Shown here in pieces: positions 12,097 to 24,257 of a stretch of 64,000 bases of DNA. The stretch is taken from assembly GCA_001643675.2 (NCBI GenBank), contig LSRY02000044.1:682001-746000 (forward strand). Direction: 5' to 3'. Origin of the DNA: Monocercomonoides exilis PA203. Its lineage: Eukaryota; Protista; Preaxostyla. The notes below the pieces were generated by a model. That model saw only the letters and a program-made list of their open reading frames with translations. It was not told the origin of the DNA and ran no database searches. The position numbers were made by a program, and so were the translations under genes. Every line of letters begins with the position of its first letter. Within the stretch, counting starts at the first letter, position 1.

Positions 12097-15000
12097 ATGG
12101 ACGATATCGATAGACGGATGCGGATTGCTGTGTCAGAAGAAGCTGGGGCGCATGCAAATCAAAGGAATTCGTAATTAAGGGAGCAACAGACGCTTCAAGG
12201 AATATGTTGTGGCTCGGCGGGGAGTGCTGAATGGAGGTGTTACGTGTGCACACGATGTGATGCTTTCTGTTCCGTTTGTTGGTCAGGCTCCATCGCTTGC
12301 AGCATTTGTGAGCACGAAGTCGGGGAGAAAGCGGATCGTTGCAGCAGCAGATGTGAATGCGCTCACATCGATCTGCGATCAATTTGAACCGTCGCTGCTG
12401 CCGTCGGTGATAGCGCGGCTGGTGTTGCAATCGCTGCAGTCGAGGCATGTGGTGGAAAAGCTGGAAGGCAAAGGGATGGGATGAAGGAGAAGAGGAAAGG
12501 AGTGAAGATGAAAAGATTGAAGAGGAAGAAAAGGAGAGAGCGAAGAATGAGAAGAAGAGGATTGAGAAGAGACTGGTTTCGCTGACGCAAATGATCGGGA
12601 TAGAGCGGATTGTCTCGCTGCGTGATGTGAGCGAAAAGATGGTGATGAAGGAAGAGAAGGCGATTCTGTAGGCTGATTTTCCTTGTGGGGAATATGAGCT
12701 GTTAGAGTGGGCGACGGGGTTGCGGACGTCTATTTCGCTGAATGAGCCACGGAAGATGGCTGAAAGCAACAAGAAAGATGGAATGAAGGGGGAAAACATG
12801 AGCGAAAAATGGAAAGAAGAAGAAGAAGAAAGCGATTGTGGGATGAGGCAGGACAACACATCGCTTCTATGTGGTGTGCGGAGGATCGGGCGACGAGGAG
12901 GTGATGCGGCAGTGGCGATTGTGGGGGTTAGGCAGATGAGAGAAGGAGCGGAAGCCGGGAACGTAGAGGTGATTTTGAGCAACTGCACAGCGATGACGCG
13001 TGTGCATGTGTTTGGGAGTGTGTTTGCGGGGGCGATTGATGCAGAGAAGCAGCTGACGTAGCTGAGAGAGGGGATGCAGGCCGAGGTGCAAACAGCAAAG
13101 GTGGTGGGGTCATTCTACACGTCGGACAAGAGGCTGGGCACAGAGCAAGAATGCATCCAGCGAAGACAGACGGAAGCAGAGCGCCTGGAGAACGCGCTGG
13201 ATACGCCTTCTGTGCTGATGCATCGGGTTGTGACGAAGGAGACTTTAAGAAAGGAGGCGAGCGCATTTGCAGGGGATGCGATCTGCGGAGGAGCAGCGAG
13301 CGGAGAGATGATGGCAGACATGATGGCGAGGAAGCGGAAGAAGATGATGATGAACGGGGTGATGGAAGGGGGAATGGGAGGAGTGCGGAACTGGAGGAGG
13401 AGCCTGGCAGACTGGAAGAACATCGACTTTTTGGGGGAGACGACGACAGTTGTGCTGAACGAAGCACCAGGGGAAGGGAAGAGGAGGCGTGTGGTTGTCC
13501 AAATGGAGGTGATTGCAGGGAAGGGGCAGAGCACTGTGACAGTGGTGGCGACAGACGATGAGCATGTGGTGGCGAAAGTGGTGGGGGTGGATCTGAGTTT
13601 GTGCGGAGGGAGAAGGAAAACGGAGGGAAGAGAAGGAGGAGAAGGAGAAGAAGGAGAAGGACGATTGAGGGAAATGCGGCTGATGAATGTGTTTGACCCG
13701 AAGAAGCATGTTTTTCAGAAGATGCACTCGGCGCTGATTCTGCCAGAAAAAGTGCTGAGAAGCAGATGTTGGGATGCAGGCGATGAGAAGGATGAAGAAA
13801 AGAAGGAAGAAAAGAAGGAAGAAAAGAAGGAGAAGGAGGAGAAAATAAAATCAAGATGTGAATGTGAATGTGCCAGTTCAAATGGGAAGAAGACAGGAGG
13901 AGTGTCATTTAAGAAAGCATATCTTTCGAAATGTGTTGCGACGCGGAAGATAAAAGATCTGTCGACATCTTCATATGAAAGCTACAGTTGCTTTGGGGGA
14001 ATTCTTCATCTGCTGAAGTGCGTGATGAAGGCGAAGGCGAAGAAGAATGAGGGAGACGAGGCAAAAGTGAGAGCATTTGATGCGTGGTGTAATGCGTTTG
14101 AGGAGCTGTACAAGTTGGATGATGATGATAATGAGGATGAGGATGAAGATGAAGAAAAAGAAGAAGGAGAAGAGAAGAAGAAGAAATTCCGAGAGCTCTG
14201 TGATCGTTACAGCGAATTTGCATGTGAGAAAACGAATATTCTGCTGTTCAAAAAGGCGCCAAAATTCTTTGCGACAGCGGTTCGGCCGAGTTTGGCGAGC
14301 AAAAAGGAGAAGACGGTGGTTGACCACTATCTGCTGGGCACGGAAGATGTGGAGCTGTTTGAGGAATATGCAGAGCCAGCTTTGTTTGCGAAGCTGAATG
14401 CAGTGGAGCAAGTGTTTGTGCTGGCGAGGCTGGTGGAGCTGGGGCAGAAGGCGAAGAAAAGGGAAGAAGGAAAAGAAGGAGAAAGAAGAGAAGGAGAAGA
14501 ATTGCTGGAGAGGAGTTTGAGGAGGTGTGTGGCGTTGGTGGAGAAAGTGGAAAATCAGCTGAGGTCGCAGCTGATAGACAAGAAAGAAGAGGAGAAGGAG
14601 TTTGAGAAAGTGCTTCCATTGGGACTGGATGATGGGGGTTTCATTGAGGCAGAAGAAGAAGAAGAAAGAGGAAGAAAGAGCAGTGTGAAAGGAGCATCGG
14701 GACGAGCATTCAAAGAAGGAGGAGATTTGGGGAAGATGGTAGTGCAGGTGAGGACGATGCAAGGGAAGATAATTCGAGTTTGCGTGACGAAGGAGACTAC
14801 GGTGGAGGAGCTGAAGGAGCTTATGCAGAAAAAATTAGGGATTCTGCCTGACATGCAGAAGATTGTCTTCAACGATGTGCAGCTGAGCGACACGCGCACA
14901 ATGAGCGGGTGCTTCTTCCGGAACAACGACGAGCTGAAGCTGATGCCGCGTATGCTAGGGGGTGCAACAGATGTTCAAGGGCAGATGGGGCAGATGGGGC

Positions 15001-16330
15001 AGATGGAGAAAGGAGCGATGCCTGGAGCGAGAATGGCAATGCTGATTGTTGGGATGGCAAGGGCAGGAGCAGGAGCAAGAGCAGGAGCAGTGGCAAGTGC
15101 AGGATTAGGGTCGAGGCCGAGAATATAGATGCAATCGAATGCATGGCAGAGGATAAGCAACGCTGGTGCGATGCCTCGTCGGGCAAATGACTTTTGTGGC
15201 TCTTTCTTAATGGATATTCGATCAAATCCTCAGATGTCGATGCCTATGGGAATGCAGATGGAATCAGAGTATATGCGTAATGTTTTCACTTCTGCTTCTT
15301 GTGTTTCTTGAAACTCTTTTGGAGATGATTAACTTTGTTCCTGGAAAGAAGAAAAGATAATGCCAGTTGCGAAGTTCCAGCAGGTGGAGAACATGAAGGA
15401 ATACCGAGAGAACCAATATCATCGTGTGGTGTCATCTCATTCTGTGCTGGTTGAGTGGAACCATTTCTTCCTGGACTATGCGCGGTATCTGTTTGGATGT
15501 GTCGGGGAGGAGGTGGGCAGGGATACGCGTGAGTGTGGGAGGTCTGTTCCTTTTGTGTCAGCGAATGTGATTGAATGCACCGATTCGTTTGCATCAGCAG
15601 CGTTTGCAGCTGCGCTGACAGATGTTTGTGTGCATCCTGTTTGCGTGGAGAAGGCGACTGAGATGAGTTGAGGAAGGGCGAGTGTGTCTATTAGGAGCAT
15701 GACACAGCCGCAGTGCTGTTTGTGAAGGAGATGGAGGAATTTGAGGGAGTGAAGGAAGGAATAGAAGGAGAAGAAAAAGGAGAAGGAGAAAAGGAAAGAG
15801 AAAGAGAATAAGAGAGACAAGCGAGGAAACAAGGGCTGTAGTTGAGTGGCTTGGGGAAACGAGTGGAGATGAAGCAGGTGGTTGTGTAGAAGTTTGGGTG
15901 TGATGTGAGCGAAGAGTGGGAGATGAATGAGGAAGGGCGGAAGGCGAGGAAGTGTGTGGAGAAGGAGAAGATGCTAGCTGTGCGTGTGTGTGTGCGATGT
16001 GGTGCTGACAAACACGACGTCAGCGCAGATGTCGGTACAGGTGCTGATGCAGGTGCCAGGACGGTCGATTGTACTGCAAAGGGGCAGCGCGACGAGGACA
16101 CAGAGCGTTGTTCCTGGTGCGTGTGGGATGCAGACGGTGTCGTAAGAAGTCTATTTCCCGGAGAATGGGGAGTTTGTGCACTATCCGGTGTTGGTGGCGA
16201 TGCGGGGGCGGAATGTGTGCTGCAGCCGAGATGGAATGCGCCGTGTGAGGGTGGAAGTGGAAGGTGTGGCTGGTGATAAAGAGGAAGCAAGCTTGCCATA
16301 GGAAAAAAGATGTTGCCATATGTGTGGAAT
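12097..16330 (+). pseudogene. Decayed giant gene resembling the Dictyostelium AbpF / related bacterial protein family
   Basis: Motifs YSEFACEKTNILLFKKAPKFFATAVRPSLASKKEKTVVDHYLL, LFAKLNAVEQ, YRENQY..NHFFLDYARY..PFVSAN and YFPENGEFVHYPV (about 16148-16187) match the family as recalled. In-frame stops at 12669, 13059, 15126, 15309 and 15669, plus frameshifts at both ends. Confidence 0.6.
14736..14963 (+). CDS. Ubiquitin-like domain (76 aa, ends LGG) embedded in the AbpF-like frame
   Basis: MVVQVRTMQGKIIRVCVTKETTVEELKELMQKKLGILPDMQKIVFNDVQLSDTRTMSGCFFRNNDELKLMPRMLGG aligns without gaps to ubiquitin (MQIFVKTLTGK..GIPPDQQRLIF..LEDGRTL..LRLRGG). Confidence 0.88.
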
Positions 16331-17625
16331 ACAACATCACCAGCCGAGTGCAAAAAGTTCGAGAAGAAGAAAAAGTCGACACACTCGATCCGTTCGTTCG
16401 AACAGGTTTCAAAGATGGTAGGGCAGCGCTGATGAACGAGTCTAGATGGTTGAATGCAGAAGACGGAGACTCTAGAGGGTTGATGCTCACGCTAGTTGCG
16501 CTTTACATTTTTTGATGTTCTCTGGGTGACTTCTTCAAATACACTCCATTCAATATCAACATCTTGTTCAACTTCATTTTTTAACTCTTCTTGAACTCTT
16601 TCAAATGCTCAACCCACTTGCTCCTTCCGGCTAAATATTCTTCATTGTCTAATTAAAAATGTTCAAAATTGTTATTGACAACATGAAATATTTCCCTCTG
16701 AAAAATCACTTATTGTTGTAATAGTTATATGCAGAAGTTATATTTTTTTGAGAATATTGCAACAAAAAAAACGAATTCAAAAAATCAAAAAATAAATTAA
16801 ACTTTTAAGAAAAAACAAATTACAAACAACCAATTATAAAAATGCTTTTTTTGCTCAAATTTCAGTGAGATGAATAAGCTTATACAAAACGTTGATATCA
16901 ATTCTGAGATTTGAAAATTTCTGATTGAATAAAATTTTATATACGTGTCTTAATATTTAATTTTCTCGAAAAAGAATTGAAACATTCATTGTAAATTTTA
17001 TAAACATCTATTTTCAAGATGGATCAAAAAGAAAAAACTCTAATTCACCAAAAATCAGCAATTGTAATTCTTATGAGATCAAAAAACATAACTTTTTAAA
17101 TCTGAAAAATTGTCGACCAAATGAAGTTTGTGACATGTTTTTAAATATTATCATGATAACATTTGTTATTCTAGAATAATAGAAACTGAATGAAAAAAAA
17201 CAATGTCAATGTTTCAAAATTATGATAAAATGCGACCATTCAAGTTAAAAATAAAGGATTTCGAAGAGTTTCACGAGAGATTTTATCTTTATTGATTTTA
17301 AGATGTTTTCCGTTCATATTCTTCACATGTTGATTACTTTCGAACCGAAAAAAATCAGACCGAAAATTTTGACAAAAAAAGTATGATCCCAAAAAGAATT
17401 ACCCACATGTTAATTTCAGCTTTAACATTTGTTTTTGAAACGGCTTTGATGAAATTTAATTATCAAAACACAAAATCTTTTCCTTATATCAAACAACCTT
17501 TGAGAAATCAACACCCCGAAATAATCAATGATTTCAAAGATAATAATTATTAATAAGTTTACTCGTTTATTGAAATTTAATGATTACAAAAAACGATCCA
17601 AAATTTTTAAGCAGATTGCGCAAAA

Positions 17626-17955
17626 AATACCGGACAAGATCGATTTCTCGATTACCGCAAGAGGAATAATTCAGACAATTTTCCTCAAAATATATCTCAT
17701 CAATACAATCTCATTTGACATACAAGACTTTCAGGACAGCTTGGCTTGAGATCAAAAAAAAATTATAATTAAAATCTGGGAGAAATTGTATTTTAAGTTT
17801 CTTTGAGATTTCATATTTTTATTTTTTGAACACAAATGAGGCTATTTAGAAAGACTGGTTTATTAAATGAGTTCACATTAAAGAGATATATTTTGGGAAA
17901 AATCAAAAGAATTATTCATCTTGTGGTTATTTAGAAATCGATCTTGTCCAGTATT
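17626..17955. repeat. Imperfect 73-bp inverted repeat pair (degenerate MITE-like relic)
   Basis: 17626-17698 vs reverse complement of 17883-17955: about 60/73 identities by manual alignment, ungapped. Confidence 0.7.
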
Positions 17956-20048
17956 CCTCTGTAATATGACAAGAGAATATTGAAACAATGACAAAATGAC
18001 CGACAAGATGTGTGATTATTTTTTAAACATATTTTCTCTTTCAAAATATTTGGTTCGAAAATTTCACTTGAACATCAAAAAAATAACATTGAAAAATGAA
18101 AACACTTCCAAAAAACATCATTATCTTTATTTGAGCAAAAACAATTGTCCATAATTCAGTTGAAATGAATCCAGCATTCGAATTCTCAACCTCTTTTCAA
18201 AGGATAACAACCTATGATAAACAAATTCCCCGAAAAAAGTTATGATCTCAATAATTATCACCCAGATATTTATGATTTGTCAATAATGGTTATTCATGAC
18301 GATTTCACAATTCTTTCTTTCAATAATAATAAATTAAAAAATTGAAATACAACAATACTTATTATTTAGAAAAAAACAAATTTTTAATAAAGATGTTCAA
18401 GTTCATAACATGTTATTATTCATGATAGGAAATGTTTGTTGAGGAATATTTTTGTCACAACTTGTTATTGACTATTAGTGACAGTCACTTACAAAAAGGG
18501 AATATGAAAGATATTTCAGTTGCTATCAATTAATCTTTTCAAATATGCAATGCAAAGTTTCAAGTCGTTTTCTTTTAATTTGTTTTATTTATTTTAAATT
18601 TTAATTATTTTATTTTGATTTTAATAATTTTGTTTTAATTTTAATTTTTAAGCCTTTTTCTTTTCTTTTCTTTTCTTTTCTTTTTGTTTTTTGTGACGGA
18701 CAAATGATTTTCCAACTTGTCATGTCACAGAGGTATATTGACTTATTTTTTTGCGACATCCGGTATTTTTGAACAATCTATATTTGGAAAATAAAAAGTC
18801 GATCTTATTTGTGATCATGATTATGTGAAAGTATAAATTGAAAGCAATTCTTAAACGGCATTTTTTTGAAAAAAAGAGAAGAAAAGATTCAAAGACACTG
18901 CAAATAGAGTTATAATTGATGAAATTTATTTTCCAGAAAAAGTTAATTCATGTTATCAAATATTATTTCGTTGTGCTGATAAAAATCCAATAATTATTTC
19001 TGACCATTTATTGAACAAGAAATAATGTTTGAAGCACTGAATATTTCATCTCAACATGTGCTTGATCTGAAAAAATTTCAACAATCAAAGTGATTTTTTT
19101 TATCACAAGTTTTTTCTTAATGTTGATTTATACGGTTGTTTTTTAATCAAAGAAAATGCAAAAGAAATTGAAATGAAAAATTCGTTTCATATATGTCAAA
19201 AGCCGATTTTTTATGAATAAGATAAGCAACGATGTTTTTTGTTAAAGTTTTCATTTTTCTGTATTCATTAACAAATGTTCAAAACCAAATTGTCATCACG
19301 AAATTTTTGTTCGAAAAATTTTGTTTTCAAAAATATTCACCAATCTCCAAAAAACAACTGGGACAAAATTTAAGGCTTTTATATTTTCGTTCAACACAAT
19401 ATTTTCTATTAAATTTATAAAAGTTATTATCTTTTGAAAACATGCAATTGTTGAATATCCGGGAAAAATAAAACTGAATTTTCATTATCGTTTTTGGCAA
19501 TAAAATCTTTAAGCTTTCACACTTTACAAATAAGAATATTCTATCCAATAAAATGGAAGATGAAGTGCATTGTGGAAAAACTTGATGGATTAAAAGCAAA
19601 AAATGATCAAATAATGCTTATTTTTATCAAACCTGGATACTTTTCATTTTCCTCTTTTCAAAAAGAATAACCCATCTTTTCATAAATAAAACGAATATAA
19701 TATGATAAAAACTTTTCAAAATATGCATTTGTGTTAAAAGAAAAGGTGTGTGATAATGGAAAGGAGAAAGACGGATCAAACCCTGAGTAAGGAGAAGATA
19801 AAAATTCAATAAGTCCTTCACCTGTTTTCCACCGATAAAAAAAAACTTCAGTCATACCTAAAACAGTTTTTTATCTTTCTAAAACAATTCAATGTTCTTT
19901 CTTTCTTTCTTTCTTTCTTTTTTGGAAATATTGAATTGATTTTTTAATGTTTTTTAAAAACATCAAATTCCAATTTAAATTGATCTTATGCACTTTAATT
20001 TATTTTTAGATATTTTTGGTGATTAAATTTGTTTTTTAGTTGCCAAGA

Positions 20049-23000
20049 ATGTCAGCAACATCTGAAAAGAAGAAGAAAAAGAAGGAGTCTCAAAAGGAAG
20101 ATGCACCTCAAAGTCAATTCCTTGGTCACTACCAGCTTGGACAAGTGATCGGAAAAGGAGCTGCTGGTACAGTTTATAAGGCCATTAATATTCTTAATGG
20201 CGATTTTGTTGCTATCAAAGAAATTCCTATTACGAATGTTTCGGAAATTGATAATATTCAATATGAAATTACTCTTTTGAAAACTCTTAAACACCCAAAT
20301 ATCGTGAAATACTTGGATACAATTAAGACAAAAGATAATTTGAATATTATTACTGAATACGTAGAGAATGGATCCCTTCAATCATTGGTAAAGAAATTTG
20401 GAAGAATTCCAGAATCATTAGCAAAATTATACGTAAGTCATGTATGAAATATGCTTATTTTACTTTTTGCGGTGAATAAGCCAAATAATGATTTTTCTTT
20501 AACTGTAGACTTTGAATGGACTTATTTATCTTCATGATCAAGGTGTTATCCATCGAGATATTAAAGGTGCAAACATTCTTGTGGCAAATAGAAGTGGTCA
20601 TGTGAAACTGGCTGATTTTGGTGTTTCAACGAAAATATCTGAAAAAGGGAAAACTGGAGACGATGACGTTGCGGGAACACCATATTGGAGTTTGCGATAG
20701 TTTCTGTAAAAATTTATTTGATTCATATATTTGCATAATTATATGAATAATTTCATTTTTCAATATTCATAATTTTATCATTTCTTTGTGTTTTATGAAA
20801 TATCAATATAATACTTATTTTTCTAGTGGCGCCCGAAATCATTGAGCTATCTGGAGCGCAGTTAGCTTCTGACATCTGGTCACTTGGCTGCACAGTGATC
20901 GAGCTGCTGACTGGTGCGCCTCCATACTTCGATCTTGCTCCATTCCCTGCGCTGTACCGCATCACACAAGACGACCATCCGCCTCTGCCGTCGGGTATCT
21001 CACCTGCTCTGGAGGACTTTCTGATGAAGTCGTTCCAGAAGAACCCGTCACTGCGTGCCACTGCGAAGCAGCTGATGATGCACCCGTGGCTGGCTGGGGG
21101 ACCTTCCCCTTCGACAACAGGAGGGGGGTCAGGCATTGATATGTATCAGAAGATCATGGAGTTCAAGAAGAAGTACCTGCAGCACACAGAAGGGTCGGCA
21201 GCAGCGGAGGAGGAGAAGGAGCTGGACGAGTTTGAGGATGAGCCGACGGAGGAAGAGAAAGAAGAAGGATTTCCGAAGCCGAAAGACGAAGGGGACAACA
21301 ACAATGACGATGACGACGATGATCCGTTTGCTGGCATTGATGACGACGATGATCCATTTGGTGATGATGATGAGAAGCCAGCTTCATCATCATCTTCTTC
21401 TACAAAAGCTAAGCCTGTGATGGCCACGTTTTCATCACCCGAAGCGATGGTGGCAGCACTTGGCGCAAAAGCATCCTCTTCGCTTTCTTCGCTTGCGTCT
21501 TCGTCTTTGTCCTCTTCCACGTCTTCGACTGCTTCTATCTTGTCCACCGCTGCCCCGCCTGGCACAGACACTGCTTCTTCGTCGTCTTCCAAAAAGAGCT
21601 GGTCGATTGCTGATTTTGTGGAAGATGGAGATGACGACGACGACTTCGGAGATTTGGAAGGGAGCGATCTTAGAGCGAGGTTTGAGGAGAAGAAGAAGAA
21701 AGAAGAGGAAGAAGAGGAAGCAGGGGGAGACTTCACAGAGATGGCAGAAGACGACGACTGGGGCGAAGACGATGCGCTGGCGAATCTGGAGACGACGGTG
21801 ACGAACGACGCAGGGATGGACGAAGAGACCGAGGCGAAGAGAAGAGCGGAGTGTGATGTGATTGACGAGGCACAGAGGCTGATCCAGCAGCTGGACACGG
21901 GTGTCTCATCGCAGCTGGGCGACCAGCTGGTGAAGCCGCTGAAGAGGCTGAATGAGCTGGTTGAGCGGTCGATTGTACCGCTGAAGGAGAAGCTGATCTC
22001 GTGGCACGCCGTGCTCCCGCTGATGGAGATTGTCGATCAAGAGTCGCCGAATGTGAAGGTGGCAGTGCTGATGCTGATGAACTCGCTGATCAGAGACAAT
22101 GCGCAGATGCAGAACACGATGGGGATGATGGGTGCGTTTCCTGTTGTGATCTCAAACGGATCGACAAAGCAGCCGCTGGCTGTGAGAGAGGAGGCGTCGA
22201 AGTTTGTGGAGACTTTGCTGATCAGCGGGGGGGAATCAACCATTCAGATGTTTGTGGCGTCTCGCTGCTTGGCGGGGCTGTGTGACATGCTGGATGCAGA
22301 GTGGAAGACGTCAAGGACACTCGTGATGAGAGCAGTGCGGTGTGTGTATGTGCTGCTGGCACACGACAAGCTAAGGGACAAGAAAGGGAAGAAGGACGGA
22401 AAGGGCAAAGGAGGAGGGGCAGGTGGGTACAACGCGAGTGGGGTGATAGCAGCACTGACGAATTCGATCACTCTGAGTGGGACGGGGCTGGTGAGTGTGA
22501 ACACAGGAGACTCACAGAAGCCGATCTTGTTGAGGAATGACCTGTGCCGGCTGTTCTGCAAGAGCAATCTTCTATCACGGCTGACAAGACATCTGAAACA
22601 GATGAACAGCGATGCACAGCAGGCGATGAAGCTGAAGGACGTGCCGAGCACTCAAAAATCACTCAAAATCACTTCTTCCTCTTCCTCTTCTGCTTCTGCT
22701 TCTTCTTCTTCTGCCAACTCATCTTCCTCAGTGGACATTACTCTCTCGACAGAAGTGTATGACATCCTCTTGAAAACAGTTGAGATCATCTCCATCTTTG
22801 CCAACAACGACAAGGCAGTTTCTGTTTATCTGTCTAAATCAGACACCCTTCCGCCGCTTTTGGATGAGATTCCGCGCATTCCGGATGCGAACATGCAGCT
22901 CAACCTCGTCACGTCCCTCCGCTTTGTGTGCATGAACCAGGATGCGATGGTCTCTTTAGAAGCAGGCGGGGTAATTGATACGCTTGTAGCCTACTTCCGG

Positions 23001-23738
23001 CTGATGAAAGAGAACTCGAAAGTGCAGAACCAGCTGGTGATGGCAGTGTTTTACTTGTCTCTGCTCTCTCCGCGCCGTTGCGAGCTGTTTGCTGTCAGTG
23101 GGGTGATTCCCATTCTGCAGTCGTTTGTGACGTCTGGCTCGGCTGTAGCGCAGCTGGCGCTGACGGTGCTGCTGACAATGCCACGCGCAGGGAGCAGGGG
23201 AAGGGCGAAGCTGTGGGAGGCAGACGGGGTTGGCTTCTATCTGTCGCAGATCAACACGCAGAGGAAGACGTATTCGGAGACATCGGTGTTTGAGGTGCTG
23301 TCGACGTGGATGTCGTTTGAGAAGGAGAAAGTGGGCACGTGCTTGGCGCAGGAGCAGAATCTGAAGCGTCTTCTTTTGCCGTTCACCAGAGAAAACACCC
23401 AGCTGACAGTGAATGAGCTGTCCAAGCTTCTCCCCAATCTGCAGGAGATGCTGTCGATGTCGCCGACTCTGAACACGGCGGTGGGGAAGTGCCACGAAAT
23501 GTGGCTGTATCTGCTCTCTCTCTTCGACGACGCTGTTGTCTGCCAGTCGGCCCTTCTGCTGAACTCGGCTGTGCGTATTGTCAGCCACCTGTATGAGAGG
23601 CATTCATCGCCCAAGGAGCTCATCTCGTCGTACAAACTGTATCCTCTCATGCAGCGCCTGCAGAAGGACCAGCACATCATGGTCGCTGAACTCGCCAGCA
23701 AGCTACTTGTGGCTCTTGGCGCGAATGACGTGATTTAG
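20049..23738 (+). CDS. STE-group Ser/Thr kinase, Cdc15/Cdc7(S. pombe)/SepA/MAP3K-epsilon type, with C-terminal ARM-like region
   Basis: Exons 20049-20441, 20509-20689 and 20827-23738 splice in frame. Motifs [40 protein letters not shown] and [14 protein letters not shown] are followed by an acidic linker and a helical repeat domain. Confidence 0.93.
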
Positions 23739-24257
23739 AACTGGGAAGTGATATTAATAAATTAATGTATAAATAAATAAATAAATAAGTGCAAAAAATT
23801 AATGTGATTGTTCATTTGAAGATGAAGGTTTAACAAGAAGGCATTTTGGAGTTGGCGGACAAGAATATTCAATGAAAGTTCAATTCTTATCTCTTTATTA
23901 TTTATCCCCATCATTTCAATTAGTTAATCTCTGTATTCTCTTTATATTAAAAAGTTGTAATTTTTTATTTATTTATTATAATAATTTTTTCTTTTTAAAT
24001 ATATTTCCTTTAAATTTAATTCGTGCTATATGGACAAAGATATTATGATTTGAGCTTAAATAATTTATTTTTTATTGCATATTCACAATTTGTCTTTAAA
24101 TACTTTGAATATTTGTTAACCTTTTTTTTTAATTAAGTTTTTTCATATCGCATTACTCTTTAATATTTTTTTAGTGTTTTAAAGTTGATAATACAGTACT
24201 TCAAATGAAATTTGAAAAATAATTATCTTTATTGATCAATAACCCCTCATAAAATAT

